Source: Terriglobia bacterium
GTDB taxonomy: Bacteria; Acidobacteriota; Polarisedimenticolia; Polarisedimenticolales; JAIQFR01
Length of the DNA stretch: 64,000 nt
Assembly (NCBI GenBank): GCA_963748015.1
Contig: CAVVHE010000008.1
Coordinates: forward strand, 768,001-832,000
Reading direction: 5' to 3'
Part shown: piece after piece, positions 22,579-31,672 of the stretch
How positions within the stretch are numbered: position 1 is the stretch's first letter
Layout of the letters: the number at the start of each line of letters is the position of its first letter
Made by a program: the position numbers and the translations under genes
The notes under the pieces: model-generated
The model's database searches: none
What the model was told of the DNA's origin: nothing
The model's input: only the letters and a program-made list of their open reading frames with translations

Positions 22579-25500
22579 TCAGTCCCGCGGTCGCTCCGGC
22601 TTCTTCGCGAGCGCGAGGTAGACCGCCGGCACGGCGTAGAGCGTCACCAGCGTCGAGAAGAACAGCCCGCCGATGACGGCGAGGGCGAGGGGCTTCTGCA
22701 GCTCCGCTCCTGCGCCGAGGCCGAGGGCCAGCGGGAGCAAGCCGAACAGGGTACAGAGCGTCGTCATCAGGATCGGACGCAGCCGGACGCACGCCGCCTC
22801 GATCACGGCGTCGCGCAGTGTCGCCCCCTGCGCGTGCAGGCGGTGGGCATAGTCGAGCAACACGATCCCGTTCTTGACGACGAGGCCGACGAGCAGGATC
22901 AGCCCCATCGCCGACGACACGTTCAGCTCGGTCCCCGTGACCCAGAGCAGCAGGAAGGCCCCGCCGAACGACAGCGGCGCGGCCGCGAGGATCACGAGCG
23001 AGGGCAGGAACGCGCGGAACTGGAACACCAGGATCATCAGGACGAGCGAGGCCGCGGCGCCGAGAACGAGCAGGAGCTGCCCGAACGCCTGGCGCTGGGA
23101 CTCGTACTGGCCTCCCACCTCGAGGATGTAGCCCACCGGCAGCTTGAGGTCCGCGAGCTTCGACCGGATCTCGGCGACCGCGCCGCCGAGGTCCCGGTCC
23201 TCGAGGCGGGCCGTCAGCAGCGCCATCTGGCGCAGGTTCTCGCGCGTCAGGACCGACTGGCCGTTCGTGCCGATGGGCCGTGCGAGGCTCCCGATCGGGA
23301 CGATCCTGCCGTCGGCGGCGCGGATCGGCGTCCTCGCGAGCCGCGACGCGTCGAAGCGGTCGGCGTCCGGGTATCGCACGCGGACCGGCACCGTGCGATC
23401 GAGGAGCCGTAGATCGGTGGCGACCTCGCCGAGCCACGCCGAGGAAAGCTGCGACGACACCTGGTCGAGCGTCAGCCCCATCCTCCCCGCCGCCGCGAGA
23501 TCGAGGTTCCAGGTGACCTCCGGATTCCCCCGCTGCGGACCGACGATGTCCACGACCCCATGGACCCCCGACAGGATCGGCTCGACATCGGCGGCGACCT
23601 TCTCCAGCACGTCCGGGTCGTCGCCGAAGATCTTGACCTCGATCGGGGTCGGCGCCCCCTCGAGGTCGCCGATCATGTCTTGCAGCAGCTGGACGAACTC
23701 CGTCTCGGCGCCGGGGGCCGCCTCGCGGATCCTCGGCCGCATGTCGGCGATGATCTCCTCGGCGGAGCGGGAGCGCTGGGATCGGGGCTTCAGGCGAACC
23801 AGGACGTCGCCGGTGTTCTGCTCGGTCGCGAAGATCCCGAGCTCGGTCCCTGTCCGCCGGGTGAACGACGCGACCTCCGGCGTGCCCTTCAGGACCTCTT
23901 CGATCTTGCGGATGGTCTTGTCGGTCTCCTCCAGTGCGGTCCCGGAAGGGGTGATGTAGTCGAGAACGAAGCCCCCCTCGTCCATCTTCGGCAGGAAGCC
24001 GGACGGGATCACGAAGTAGAGGAGCCCTCCCAGGAGGCCGAGGCCGACCGCCGCGAGGAGGGCGAGACGAGGGCGGTCCACCGCGGCCAGGAGCGACCGC
24101 GCGTAGAGCGACGGCCGGCCGCGGGGCGGTGTCGCGTGCGCCTCGCCGGAGCGGCGCGTCGCCCAGCCGGACAGGAGCGGGATCAGGGTCAGCGCCAGGA
24201 CGAGCGAGACGAGAACCGAGACCGTGAGGGTCAGGGAGAGGGCGCGGAAGAACTGGCCGACGACTCCCGAGAGGAGCCCCAGGGGGACGAAGACCACCAC
24301 CGAGGTGAGGGTGGAACCGACGACCGGGGCCACCAGCTCCGACGTCGCCGTCTCCACAGCGTCGCGGCCCAGGCCGGCCCGCGTCTTACGGTGGATGTTC
24401 TCGACGATGACCACCGCGTCGTCTATGACGAGGCCGATCGCGACCGCGAGGCCACCCATGGACATGAGGTTGATGGACGCACCGAAGGCCAGCATCAACA
24501 GGAACGTGGCGAGGACGGTGATCGGCAGCGTCAGCGAGGCGATCACGGTCATGCGGACGTTCCGCAGGAACACCACGAGGACGAGGATTGCGAGAATTCC
24601 GCCGACGAGGATCGCGTCGCGGACGTTCGCGATCGACGTCGCGACGAACTCGGCGAGGTCGTACACCTTGGTGATCCTGAGTCCCGAGGGAAGCGCCTTG
24701 CCGAGCCCGCGCACCACGTCCTCGACCGCGGCCTTCAGGTTCAGGATGTTCGCCTCGGGTTGCTGGGAGATGCTGACGACGGCGGCGTCCTGCCCGTTCC
24801 CGGTGACGAGGAGGGTCCGGTCCGGCGCGCCGGGGAAGACCGTGGCGACGTCGCCCAGACGCACGACCGACCCATTGCGAAGCACGAGAGGGGTGTTCTC
24901 GATGTCCCGCGCCGACGTCCAGAGTCCCGACACGAGCGCCAGGTGCTGCTGCCCGTTCTGCGGGTACCGGCCGACCGGGACGAGTTGGTTCGTCTGGCGC
25001 AGCGCCTCGCTCACGTCCGGGACGGTGAGCCCCGCGGCGAACGCTCTCTGGGGGTCGACGACGACTTCGATCTCGCGCGTGTCGCTCGCGAGCACTTCGA
25101 CCCGTCCGATGCCGCGCACGCGGGCGAGGGCGGGACGCACCACGTAGAACGCGTAGTCGCGCAGGTCGGCGATCGGCAGGCCCCCGGTGAGGTTGTAGCT
25201 CAGCACCGGGAACGACGCGGGCATGATCCGCTCGACGGCCACGTCGAGATCCGGGGGGAGCGACGACCTTACGGCGGCGATGCGGGATTCCGTCTGCTGC
25301 TGCGCCGTGACCATGTCGGTCGTGTCCTCGAACTGCGCCGAGATCTCGGTGGTTCCCCGGAAGGTCTTCGAGCGCACCCTCCGGATCCCCGGGACCTCCA
25401 TGACCGCCTGCTCGAGCGGCCGTGTCACGGTCAGCGTCATGGAGCGGGCCGGCAGCGTCCCGCTGCGGGCGATCACCACGATGCGGGGGAACCGAAGCGC

Positions 25501-25614
25501 CGGGTAGATCCCGCTGGGGAGGAAGAAGATCGCGGCGGCGCCCCCGAGGCAAAGCAGCGCCGTCACCAGGAGGACCGCGCGACCTTGCCGGGCCGCGAAG
25601 CGGGCGGGGTTCAT
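22579..25614 (-). CDS. RND efflux transporter permease (AcrB/CzcA family)
   Basis: GLAVAIGLVIDDAVVIVENI, FLPKMDEG, GLVVKNGIVL, RLRPILMTT, QKPLALAVIGG. Confidence 0.95.
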   Translation of the reverse strand: MNPARFAARQGRAVLLVTALLCLGGAAAIFFLPSGIYPALRFPRIVVIARSGTLPARSMTLTVTRPLEQAVMEVPGIRRVRSKTFRGTTEISAQFEDTTDMVTAQQQTESRIAAVRSSLPPDLDVAVERIMPASFPVLSYNLTGGLPIADLRDYAFYVVRPALARVRGIGRVEVLASDTREIEVVVDPQRAFAAGLTVPDVSEALRQTNQLVPVGRYPQNGQQHLALVSGLWTSARDIENTPLVLRNGSVVRLGDVATVFPGAPDRTLLVTGNGQDAAVVSISQQPEANILNLKAAVEDVVRGLGKALPSGLRITKVYDLAEFVATSIANVRDAILVGGILAILVLVVFLRNVRMTVIASLTLPITVLATFLLMLAFGASINLMSMGGLAVAIGLVIDDAVVIVENIHRKTRAGLGRDAVETATSELVAPVVGSTLTSVVVFVPLGLLSGVVGQFFRALSLTLTVSVLVSLVLALTLIPLLSGWATRRSGEAHATPPRGRPSLYARSLLAAVDRPRLALLAAVGLGLLGGLLYFVIPSGFLPKMDEGGFVLDYITPSGTALEETDKTIRKIEEVLKGTPEVASFTRRTGTELGIFATEQNTGDVLVRLKPRSQRSRSAEEIIADMRPRIREAAPGAETEFVQLLQDMIGDLEGAPTPIEVKIFGDDPDVLEKVAADVEPILSGVHGVVDIVGPQRGNPEVTWNLDLAAAGRMGLTLDQVSSQLSSAWLGEVATDLRLLDRTVPVRVRYPDADRFDASRLARTPIRAADGRIVPIGSLARPIGTNGQSVLTRENLRQMALLTARLEDRDLGGAVAEIRSKLADLKLPVGYILEVGGQYESQRQAFGQLLLVLGAAASLVLMILVFQFRAFLPSLVILAAAPLSFGGAFLLLWVTGTELNVSSAMGLILLVGLVVKNGIVLLDYAHRLHAQGATLRDAVIEAACVRLRPILMTTLCTLFGLLPLALGLGAGAELQKPLALAVIGGLFFSTLVTLYAVPAVYLALAKKPERPRD

Positions 25615-26729
25615 GAGCGGACCAGCACCGCGGCGCCGTCGGGCAGGGCGTTCTGCCCCTCCACGACGACGCGCTCCCCGGCGGCGATCCCCGAGAGGAT
25701 CTCGGCGTCCGCTCCGGCGGAGAGCCCGACCTCGACCTTCTTCCGGTGCGCCTTGCCCCCGGCATCCACCACGTACACGAAGACCTCCTCGCCTTCCCTC
25801 ACGAGGGCGGCGGAGGGGACCAGGATGGCGTCGGCGTGCTCCTCCGCGACGATCTCGACCGAGACCGGTGTTCCCGCAGGGAGCCGTGACGGCACGGCGA
25901 AGTCGAGACGGACGACCGCGGTCGCGGTCGTGGGGTCCACGGAGGCGGGCAGGCTGCGAATGCGAGCCTCCTCCGGCGGGTAGCTCGCCGGTCCGACTAC
26001 CCGTGCGGAACGCCCCGCGGTTAGGGAGGGGAGGTCGGCAACGGGCACCGTGGCCTCGACCTGCATGCGGTCGGGATCGATGACTCGCAGTACCGGCTCG
26101 GCGGCCGAAGCGTCCACGAAGTCGCCCGGGTTGTGCGTCCGCGAGACGACGATTCCTGCAAAGGGGGCGCGCACGGCCTCGCGCCCCGCGAGGAGGGCCG
26201 TGGCCGTCCGTCCGGCCTTCGACTCGGAAACCGCCGCCTCGGCCTCCGCCACCTCGCGCTTGGCGTCCTCGACCTCTTTCCGCGCGGCGATCCCGCGGTC
26301 GAACAGTCCCTCGACCCGCGTCAGGGAGGCCTGGGCGTTCGCGAGCCGCGCATCGGCCCGCCTCAGGTCCGATTCCCCCGTCGAGGCTTCCGCGTCGAGC
26401 GACGGGATCTCGAAGCGTACGAGAAGATCTCCCTTGGCGACCCGGTCGCCCGCCGCGCGCGGCAGCTCGGCGATGCGCGCCGGTCCCGGGGCAACGACGA
26501 GCAGCTCGGCGCCGGGCGCGGGTCTGACGACCCCCGTCACGCTCACCACGGAGCGGGCGGGGCCGCGCCGCGCCGCCTGCACGGCCACGGGCACCTTGTC
26601 GGACGTCTCGAACTCCTCCGTAGAGCCGCCACCACAGCCAGAGGCCGCGAGGGCGCAGAGGAGGAGCGGCAGGATCGTCCCGGCGCGCGCGCCGGGGAGG
26701 CGGGAGGAACGGACGGGTCGTCGCATCAT
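25611..26729 (-). CDS. RND efflux periplasmic adaptor (lipoprotein)
   Basis: Lipobox LAASGC, GDRVAKGDLL, VRAPFAGIV, GERVVVEG; ATGA overlaps on both sides. Confidence 0.93.
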   Translation of the reverse strand: MMRRPVRSSRLPGARAGTILPLLLCALAASGCGGGSTEEFETSDKVPVAVQAARRGPARSVVSVTGVVRPAPGAELLVVAPGPARIAELPRAAGDRVAKGDLLVRFEIPSLDAEASTGESDLRRADARLANAQASLTRVEGLFDRGIAARKEVEDAKREVAEAEAAVSESKAGRTATALLAGREAVRAPFAGIVVSRTHNPGDFVDASAAEPVLRVIDPDRMQVEATVPVADLPSLTAGRSARVVGPASYPPEEARIRSLPASVDPTTATAVVRLDFAVPSRLPAGTPVSVEIVAEEHADAILVPSAALVREGEEVFVYVVDAGGKAHRKKVEVGLSAGADAEILSGIAAGERVVVEGQNALPDGAAVLVRS

Positions 26730-28021
26730 GGCAGCGGCACTCCGATCGCGCGCTCGAGCTCCGCAACGGCGATCTGGTAGTCGAGACCGGCCTGGATCGC
26801 CTTTCTTCTGAGATCCCTGATGGCCTGGAACGCCTGGATCATCGCGACCAAGCCGGTCTGGCCGGAGCGGTACGAGTCCTCGGCCATCCGCTGGACCTCG
26901 TCGGCCCGCGGGAGGACGCGCTCGCGGTAGCGCAGGTACTGCTCCCGCTGCGCGGAGGCGAGCGCGGCGGCCGCGAACGCGGCTCCGCGAATCCTCGACA
27001 CGACCGCCTCCCGCTCGGCGCGCAGCTGGGCGAGGGCGGATTCCTCGACGCGGACCTCGGCGCCCCGGTGATGAAAGAGCGGCACGTTCACGACGAGTGC
27101 GGCGCGCCAGCCCCACTCGAACTCCGGCGGCGAGTCGTGGGTGGCGCTTCCCTCGAGGGTGACGTCGGGCCAGCGCTGCGCCCGGGCGAGATCGAGGCGC
27201 GCCGACTCCTCGAGGAGGCGCCCGTCGAGCACCGCGAGCGTGGCGCTCGAGGCGAGAGCCATACCCGCCGCGGCCTCCGCCGAGGGGACCTCTCCCGAGC
27301 CGAGGTCGCCCGCCGCCTCGGTGGCCTGATCGGGAGGGCGCGCGAGCAGGACGTTCAACGCGGCCCGCGCGGAGATCGTATCCGCCCTGGCCGCCAAGGC
27401 CTCGTTGTCCGCCTGTTCCGCGCCCAGCTCGGCGGAGAGCGCCTCGAGGCGCGGAGCCGCCCCGGACTCGAAGCGGTCCTTCGCGGCGTCTCGCGCCCGC
27501 TGCGCGAGCCGGGCGAGCTCCTCCGCCTCGTCCGCGCGCCGCTGCGCCGCGCAGAGTCCGAAGTAGGCCCGCCGCAGCTCGTTTCGGAGGGAGAGAACGG
27601 TCTCCGCCAGCTCGGCCTCGCCGGTCTTGACCCCGGCTTCCGCGACGCCGATGCGCCGCGACCGCTTCCCCGCCGTCTCGATCGGCAGCGAGAGCGTGAT
27701 GGCGTCGTGCGGCATCTCCTTCTGCGTCTCGAGGATCAGATCGGGATTGGGCCGCTGCTTCGCGACGCCGATTCCCGCCGCCGCAACCGGCAGCCTGAGC
27801 CGGGCCGCGGCGAGGGAAGGGTTGACGGTCATCGCCAGGCCGACCGCCTGCTCGAAAGTGAGCGCGGCGTCGTCGGCTGCCGCCGGGGCGGGGGTCTGGC
27901 CGGCCCCCGCTGCGGAGCCGGCGAGGAACGCGGTGGCGAGCAGTGCCATTCCGAGCGGCCGAAAGGCCCTCCCGGGCGAGCTCCTCGCGGCGCGGGGCGA
28001 GACGCTCACGCGGGAGGGCAC
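26726..28021 (-). CDS. TolC-family outer-membrane efflux protein
   Basis: LTFEQAVGLA..NPSL, PIETAGKR, YRSGQTG; start uncertain (28021 GTG or 27949 ATG). Confidence 0.9.
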   Translation of the reverse strand: MPSRVSVSPRAARSSPGRAFRPLGMALLATAFLAGSAAGAGQTPAPAAADDAALTFEQAVGLAMTVNPSLAAARLRLPVAAAGIGVAKQRPNPDLILETQKEMPHDAITLSLPIETAGKRSRRIGVAEAGVKTGEAELAETVLSLRNELRRAYFGLCAAQRRADEAEELARLAQRARDAAKDRFESGAAPRLEALSAELGAEQADNEALAARADTISARAALNVLLARPPDQATEAAGDLGSGEVPSAEAAAGMALASSATLAVLDGRLLEESARLDLARAQRWPDVTLEGSATHDSPPEFEWGWRAALVVNVPLFHHRGAEVRVEESALAQLRAEREAVVSRIRGAAFAAAALASAQREQYLRYRERVLPRADEVQRMAEDSYRSGQTGLVAMIQAFQAIRDLRRKAIQAGLDYQIAVAELERAIGVPLP

Positions 28022-28037
28022 CGTGCCTCTCCCCGCC

Positions 28038-29312
28038 TCAGATCGTTGTCCCGTCGGGGATGACGGCATTCTTCGACACGACCACGATGCCGTCCCGGAT
28101 CGCCCATCCCGGCCCTTCGGCCTCGGCGACCTTGTCCTGGTTGACGATCCGGACGTTCCTGCCGATCCGCGCGTTCTTGTCCACGATCGCGTCCTGGATC
28201 AGCGTGCCCTCCCCGATGCCGAGGGGCGGCGCGCCCTTGGGACCGTCGGGCGGGTTGGGGTCGGCCCCCATGACCAGCGACCTGCGCGCCGTGACGCGGT
28301 GCAGCACGGACCTCACGCCGATGATCGAGTCCTCGATCGTCGAGTCGAGCACCGTGCTCCCCTCCGAGAGGACCGCGCGGTTGAACCGGGTCCCGCTCAC
28401 CCACGCTCCGGGCAGGTAGCGGGGGTGCGTGTAGATCGGCCACTCGGAGTCGCCGAAGAGGAACGGCGGGTTCGGGCGCACGAGGTCGAGGTGCGCCTCG
28501 TAGAACGCGCGAATCGTGCCGATGTCGCGCCAGTAGCCGTCGAAGAGATGCGCGTGGACCCTGCGCTGCTCGACCGCCGCCGGGATGACGTCCCGGCCGA
28601 AGTCCTGCAGGCGGTTCTCGAGGGTCTCGACCAGGACTTCCTTGTTGAAAAGGTAGATCCCCATCGAGGCGAGGTAGGGGCGCTCCCGGCCGATGCCCCG
28701 CCGCGCGAGCAGCTCGGGCGAGGCCTCCATTCCGGCCCGGGCCTCCTCGGTCGCCGGCTTCTCGCGGAACTCCAGCACGCGACCGTCCGGGGCGACGCGC
28801 ACGGCTCCGAAGCCGGCGATCTCCGCCTCGGTGCAGGGGGAAACCGACAGCGTCACCTCCGCGCCGTGCTCGAGGTGCTCCCGCAGGAGGTCCCTGTAGT
28901 CCATCCGGTAGATGTGGTCGCCGGCCAGGACGAGGACCAGGTCGCCCCGGAGCTCGGTCACGATCCTGAGGTTCTGCCGCACCGCGTCGGCGGTCCCCTG
29001 GAACCACGTGTCGTCCTCGGGGGTCTGCTGCGCCGCGAGGATCTGCACGAAGCCGCGGGAGAACGGGTCGAACTTGTACGTGAGCACGATGTGGCGGTGG
29101 AGGGAGATCGAGTTGTACTGCGTCAGCACGAAGATCCCCTCCATGCCGGAGTGGATCGAGTTGCTGATCGGGATGTCGATGAGGCGGTACTTCCCCGCGA
29201 TCGGCACGGCGGGCTTGCTTCGGAGCCGCGTCAGCGGGTCGAGGCGCGCGCCGCGCCCGCCGCCGAGGATCACGGTGATGACGTCGCTCTCCCTGCCCGT
29301 CACGCTGCTCAT
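28038..29312 (-). CDS. glgC: Glucose-1-phosphate adenylyltransferase
   Basis: ILGGGRGARL.PLT..RSKPAVP, WFQGTADAV, FREKP, ASMGIY, YWRDIGT. Confidence 0.97.
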   Translation of the reverse strand: MSSVTGRESDVITVILGGGRGARLDPLTRLRSKPAVPIAGKYRLIDIPISNSIHSGMEGIFVLTQYNSISLHRHIVLTYKFDPFSRGFVQILAAQQTPEDDTWFQGTADAVRQNLRIVTELRGDLVLVLAGDHIYRMDYRDLLREHLEHGAEVTLSVSPCTEAEIAGFGAVRVAPDGRVLEFREKPATEEARAGMEASPELLARRGIGRERPYLASMGIYLFNKEVLVETLENRLQDFGRDVIPAAVEQRRVHAHLFDGYWRDIGTIRAFYEAHLDLVRPNPPFLFGDSEWPIYTHPRYLPGAWVSGTRFNRAVLSEGSTVLDSTIEDSIIGVRSVLHRVTARRSLVMGADPNPPDGPKGAPPLGIGEGTLIQDAIVDKNARIGRNVRIVNQDKVAEAEGPGWAIRDGIVVVSKNAVIPDGTTI

Positions 29313-29325
29313 GCCGACTCCTCTG

Positions 29326-29928
29326 TCAGATCCGCATCGTCCCGGTGGACAGCCGCTTCCAGCACGCCGGGCAGTAGTGCTCTCCCTTGCGGTCCAGGTC
29401 CCCCACCGCCTGCGTCGGCGCCATGGCGCAACCGGGGTCCCCGCATTCCCTGAGGCCGTGGATCGTGCCGACCGCCCGCAGGAGCTCCTTGACCAGGCGC
29501 GCGCGCTGCCTCGCCGGATCGGGCTTCCTGCGGTAGAACGCCTCGCGAAGCCGCCGAACCGACACGATCGCGAGCCGGTGCGGCGCGTCCGTCTCCAGCA
29601 TTGCCGACGCCGTTCCCGGAGAGAAGAGGTCGAGGTCGGTGACGAGGACGAAGGCGTCGGGACGGGGGATCGGGCCCGGGGGACTTCCCGCGGGGCTTCC
29701 CGCGAGCTTCCTCGCCTTGAGCAGCGGCAGCGCCGCGCGCGCCTCGGCGAGGATCGCCGCGGCGCGAAACTGCCCGCGCGCCACGTCCTCGGCCGCCTTG
29801 GGGTGCGCGAGGGGCTCGCGAAGCTCGACCGGCTTCGCGATCGCCTTGGAGACGCGGGCGGCGGCTTCGTCCACTTCGGCCGCGTCCATCTTTCCGACGG
29901 GCACCAGCGCGACCTTGAGCTCGGACAC
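29326..29928 (-). CDS. Archaemetzincin (peptidase M54)-like protein lacking the HExxHxxGxxH ligands
   Basis: RGQFRA, VTDLDLF, AIVSVRRL, RLVKELLRAVGTIHGLRECGDPGCAM, DRKGEHYCPAC; RBS GGAGGT. Confidence 0.8.
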   Translation of the reverse strand: MSELKVALVPVGKMDAAEVDEAAARVSKAIAKPVELREPLAHPKAAEDVARGQFRAAAILAEARAALPLLKARKLAGSPAGSPPGPIPRPDAFVLVTDLDLFSPGTASAMLETDAPHRLAIVSVRRLREAFYRRKPDPARQRARLVKELLRAVGTIHGLRECGDPGCAMAPTQAVGDLDRKGEHYCPACWKRLSTGTMRI

Positions 29929-29989
29929 GCTTCACCTCCGGGAGCGTCACTCTACGCCGGAGGGCGGGGCTAGTCCACACCCGCCCGTC

Positions 29990-30073
29990 TTGCCGAGCCG
30001 GATGCCTGCCGTGGGGTTCGACCCGAAGCGTGCCGCGCGGGTCGAACCCCGCGGCAGGCATCCGGCTCGGCAA
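29990..30073. repeat. Long inverted repeat (36-bp arms, 12-nt loop)
   Basis: 29990-30025 pairs with 30038-30073 with a single mismatch. Confidence 0.9.
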
Positions 30074-30075
30074 TC

Positions 30076-30125
30076 AAAAGACGAGCGCCGGGCGGCGGGG
30101 CTCGTCGCCCTGCCGGCCCGGCGCC
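30076..30125 (-). terminator. Putative terminator of the citrate synthase gene
   Basis: GC-rich hairpin followed by TCGTCTTTT on the minus strand, about 20 nt after the stop. Confidence 0.5.
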
Positions 30126-30144
30126 ATGAAACGCGGAAGGAGGA

Positions 30145-31470
30145 TCAGGCCTTCTTGATCTCCGCCTTGATCCACTCGGTCGTGACGCTCTTCGGCCGCT
30201 CGATCGGGAGGGCCAGGGCGCGGTCCCACACCAGCGACGCCAGCACGCCCATCGCGCGGGAGACGCCGAACAGCACGGTGTAGAAGTCGTACTCCTTGAC
30301 GCCGTAGTACACCAGGAGCACGCCGGAGTGCGCGTCCACGTTCGGCCACGGGTTCTTGGCCTTGCCGTGCTTCATGAGGATGTCGGGAGCGACGTCGAAG
30401 ATCATCTTCACGATCTTGAAGTTCTCGTCGTTGGGCATGTACTTGAGCGCGAACTGCTGCTGCGCGGTGTAGCGCGGGTCGGTCTTCCGCAGCACGGCGT
30501 GGCCGTAGCCGGGGATGACCTGGCCGCTGTTCAGCGTGTCCCACAGGAACTTCACGAGCTCTTCCTGCGTCGGGACGCCGCCGCCGAGCTTCGCCTTGAC
30601 GTCCATGATCCAGCGGAGCACTTCCTGGTTGGCGAGGCCGTGGAGCGGCCCGGCCAGCCCGTTGATCCCCGCCGACAGCGAGTAGAACGGGTCGGAGAGC
30701 GCGGAACCGACGAGGTGGGTCGTGTGCGCGCTGACGTTCCCGCCCTCGTGGTCGGCGTGGATCGTCAGGTAGAGCCGCATCAGCTCCATGAACTCGGGGT
30801 TCTCGACCCCCATCATGTGGGCCAGGTTGGCGCCCCAGTCCAGGCTCTTCGGCCCGGCGGGGATGTGCTTTCCGCCGTGATACGAGCGCCGGTAGACGTA
30901 CGCGGCCAGCGGCGGGAGCTTTGCCAGGAGATTGATCGAGTCGTCGAGGGTCGCTTCCCAGTATGCGCCCTTGGGCATTCCCTCGCGGTAGCGCTGCGCG
31001 AAGACCGACTCGCGCTGCATCGCGAGAATCCCCATCGAGAACTGGGTCATCGGGTGAGTGTCGGTCGGCATCGCGTCGAGCATCTTGGTCACGTACGGCG
31101 GCAGGGCCTCGGCCGCGCGCCACGCCGCCGAGATCTCCGCCACGTCGGCGTCCGTGGGAAGGTCGCCGGTCAGGACCAGGTAGAACAGCCCCTCGGGAAG
31201 CGGCGCCTCGCCGCCCTTCGCCCGCGGGAGCTTCTCCTGCAGCTCGGGGATGCTGAAGCCGCGGAACCGGATCCCCTCCATCGGGTCGAGGGCCGAGGTC
31301 TCGGTCACGAGGCACTTCACGCTCCGCGCGCCACCGTATGCCTGGGCGATCGTGACGTCGGAGATCTTCTTCTCGCCGTGATCCTTGAGGATCGCCTTCA
31401 CCTCGCTCTGCATCGTCGCGACTTTCGCGGCGAGCTTCTGCTTCATGGCGGCCAGAGGTTGCGCGCTCAT
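30145..31470 (-). CDS. gltA: Citrate synthase, eukaryote/mitochondrial type
   Basis: ETSALDPMEGIRFRG, PLPEGLF, HADHEGGNVSAH, GLAGPLHGLANQEV, PGYGHAVLRKTDPRY, NPWPNVDAHSG; RBS AAGGAGG. Confidence 0.96.
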   Translation of the reverse strand: MSAQPLAAMKQKLAAKVATMQSEVKAILKDHGEKKISDVTIAQAYGGARSVKCLVTETSALDPMEGIRFRGFSIPELQEKLPRAKGGEAPLPEGLFYLVLTGDLPTDADVAEISAAWRAAEALPPYVTKMLDAMPTDTHPMTQFSMGILAMQRESVFAQRYREGMPKGAYWEATLDDSINLLAKLPPLAAYVYRRSYHGGKHIPAGPKSLDWGANLAHMMGVENPEFMELMRLYLTIHADHEGGNVSAHTTHLVGSALSDPFYSLSAGINGLAGPLHGLANQEVLRWIMDVKAKLGGGVPTQEELVKFLWDTLNSGQVIPGYGHAVLRKTDPRYTAQQQFALKYMPNDENFKIVKMIFDVAPDILMKHGKAKNPWPNVDAHSGVLLVYYGVKEYDFYTVLFGVSRAMGVLASLVWDRALALPIERPKSVTTEWIKAEIKKA

Positions 31471-31537
31471 CGGTCTTCCTCCTTGCTTCGTTGGGTCGGT
31501 TCCCGGCATGTCGAACGAAAAGCGATCAGGTCCGACG

Positions 31538-31566
31538 AGTGTAAAGAAGCGCGTTGCATCTGTCAA
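31538..31566 (-). promoter_or_regulatory. Sigma70-type promoter of gltA
   Basis: TTGACA-17 nt-TACACT on the minus strand. Confidence 0.8.
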
Positions 31567-31672
31567 CGATCGGCGCGCCCCTTTTCGCAGGAGGATTAGT
31601 CGTTTTTCAACAGTCTTGGGAGTTTGACGAGCCTTAGACGCCGGTATCCGGCGCGGGTCCCGGCACGCGAGG

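Noticed and set aside
23560..25983. 807-aa plus-strand ORF, and similar long ORFs such as 56371..59085, 27627..29453 and 44487..46334
   Set aside because: Antisense or off-frame shadows of well-supported genes, typical of high-GC DNA, with Arg/Pro/Gly-rich composition
30011..30030. tRNA T-arm-like GGGGTTCGACCC
   Set aside because: No cloverleaf; it is part of the long inverted repeat
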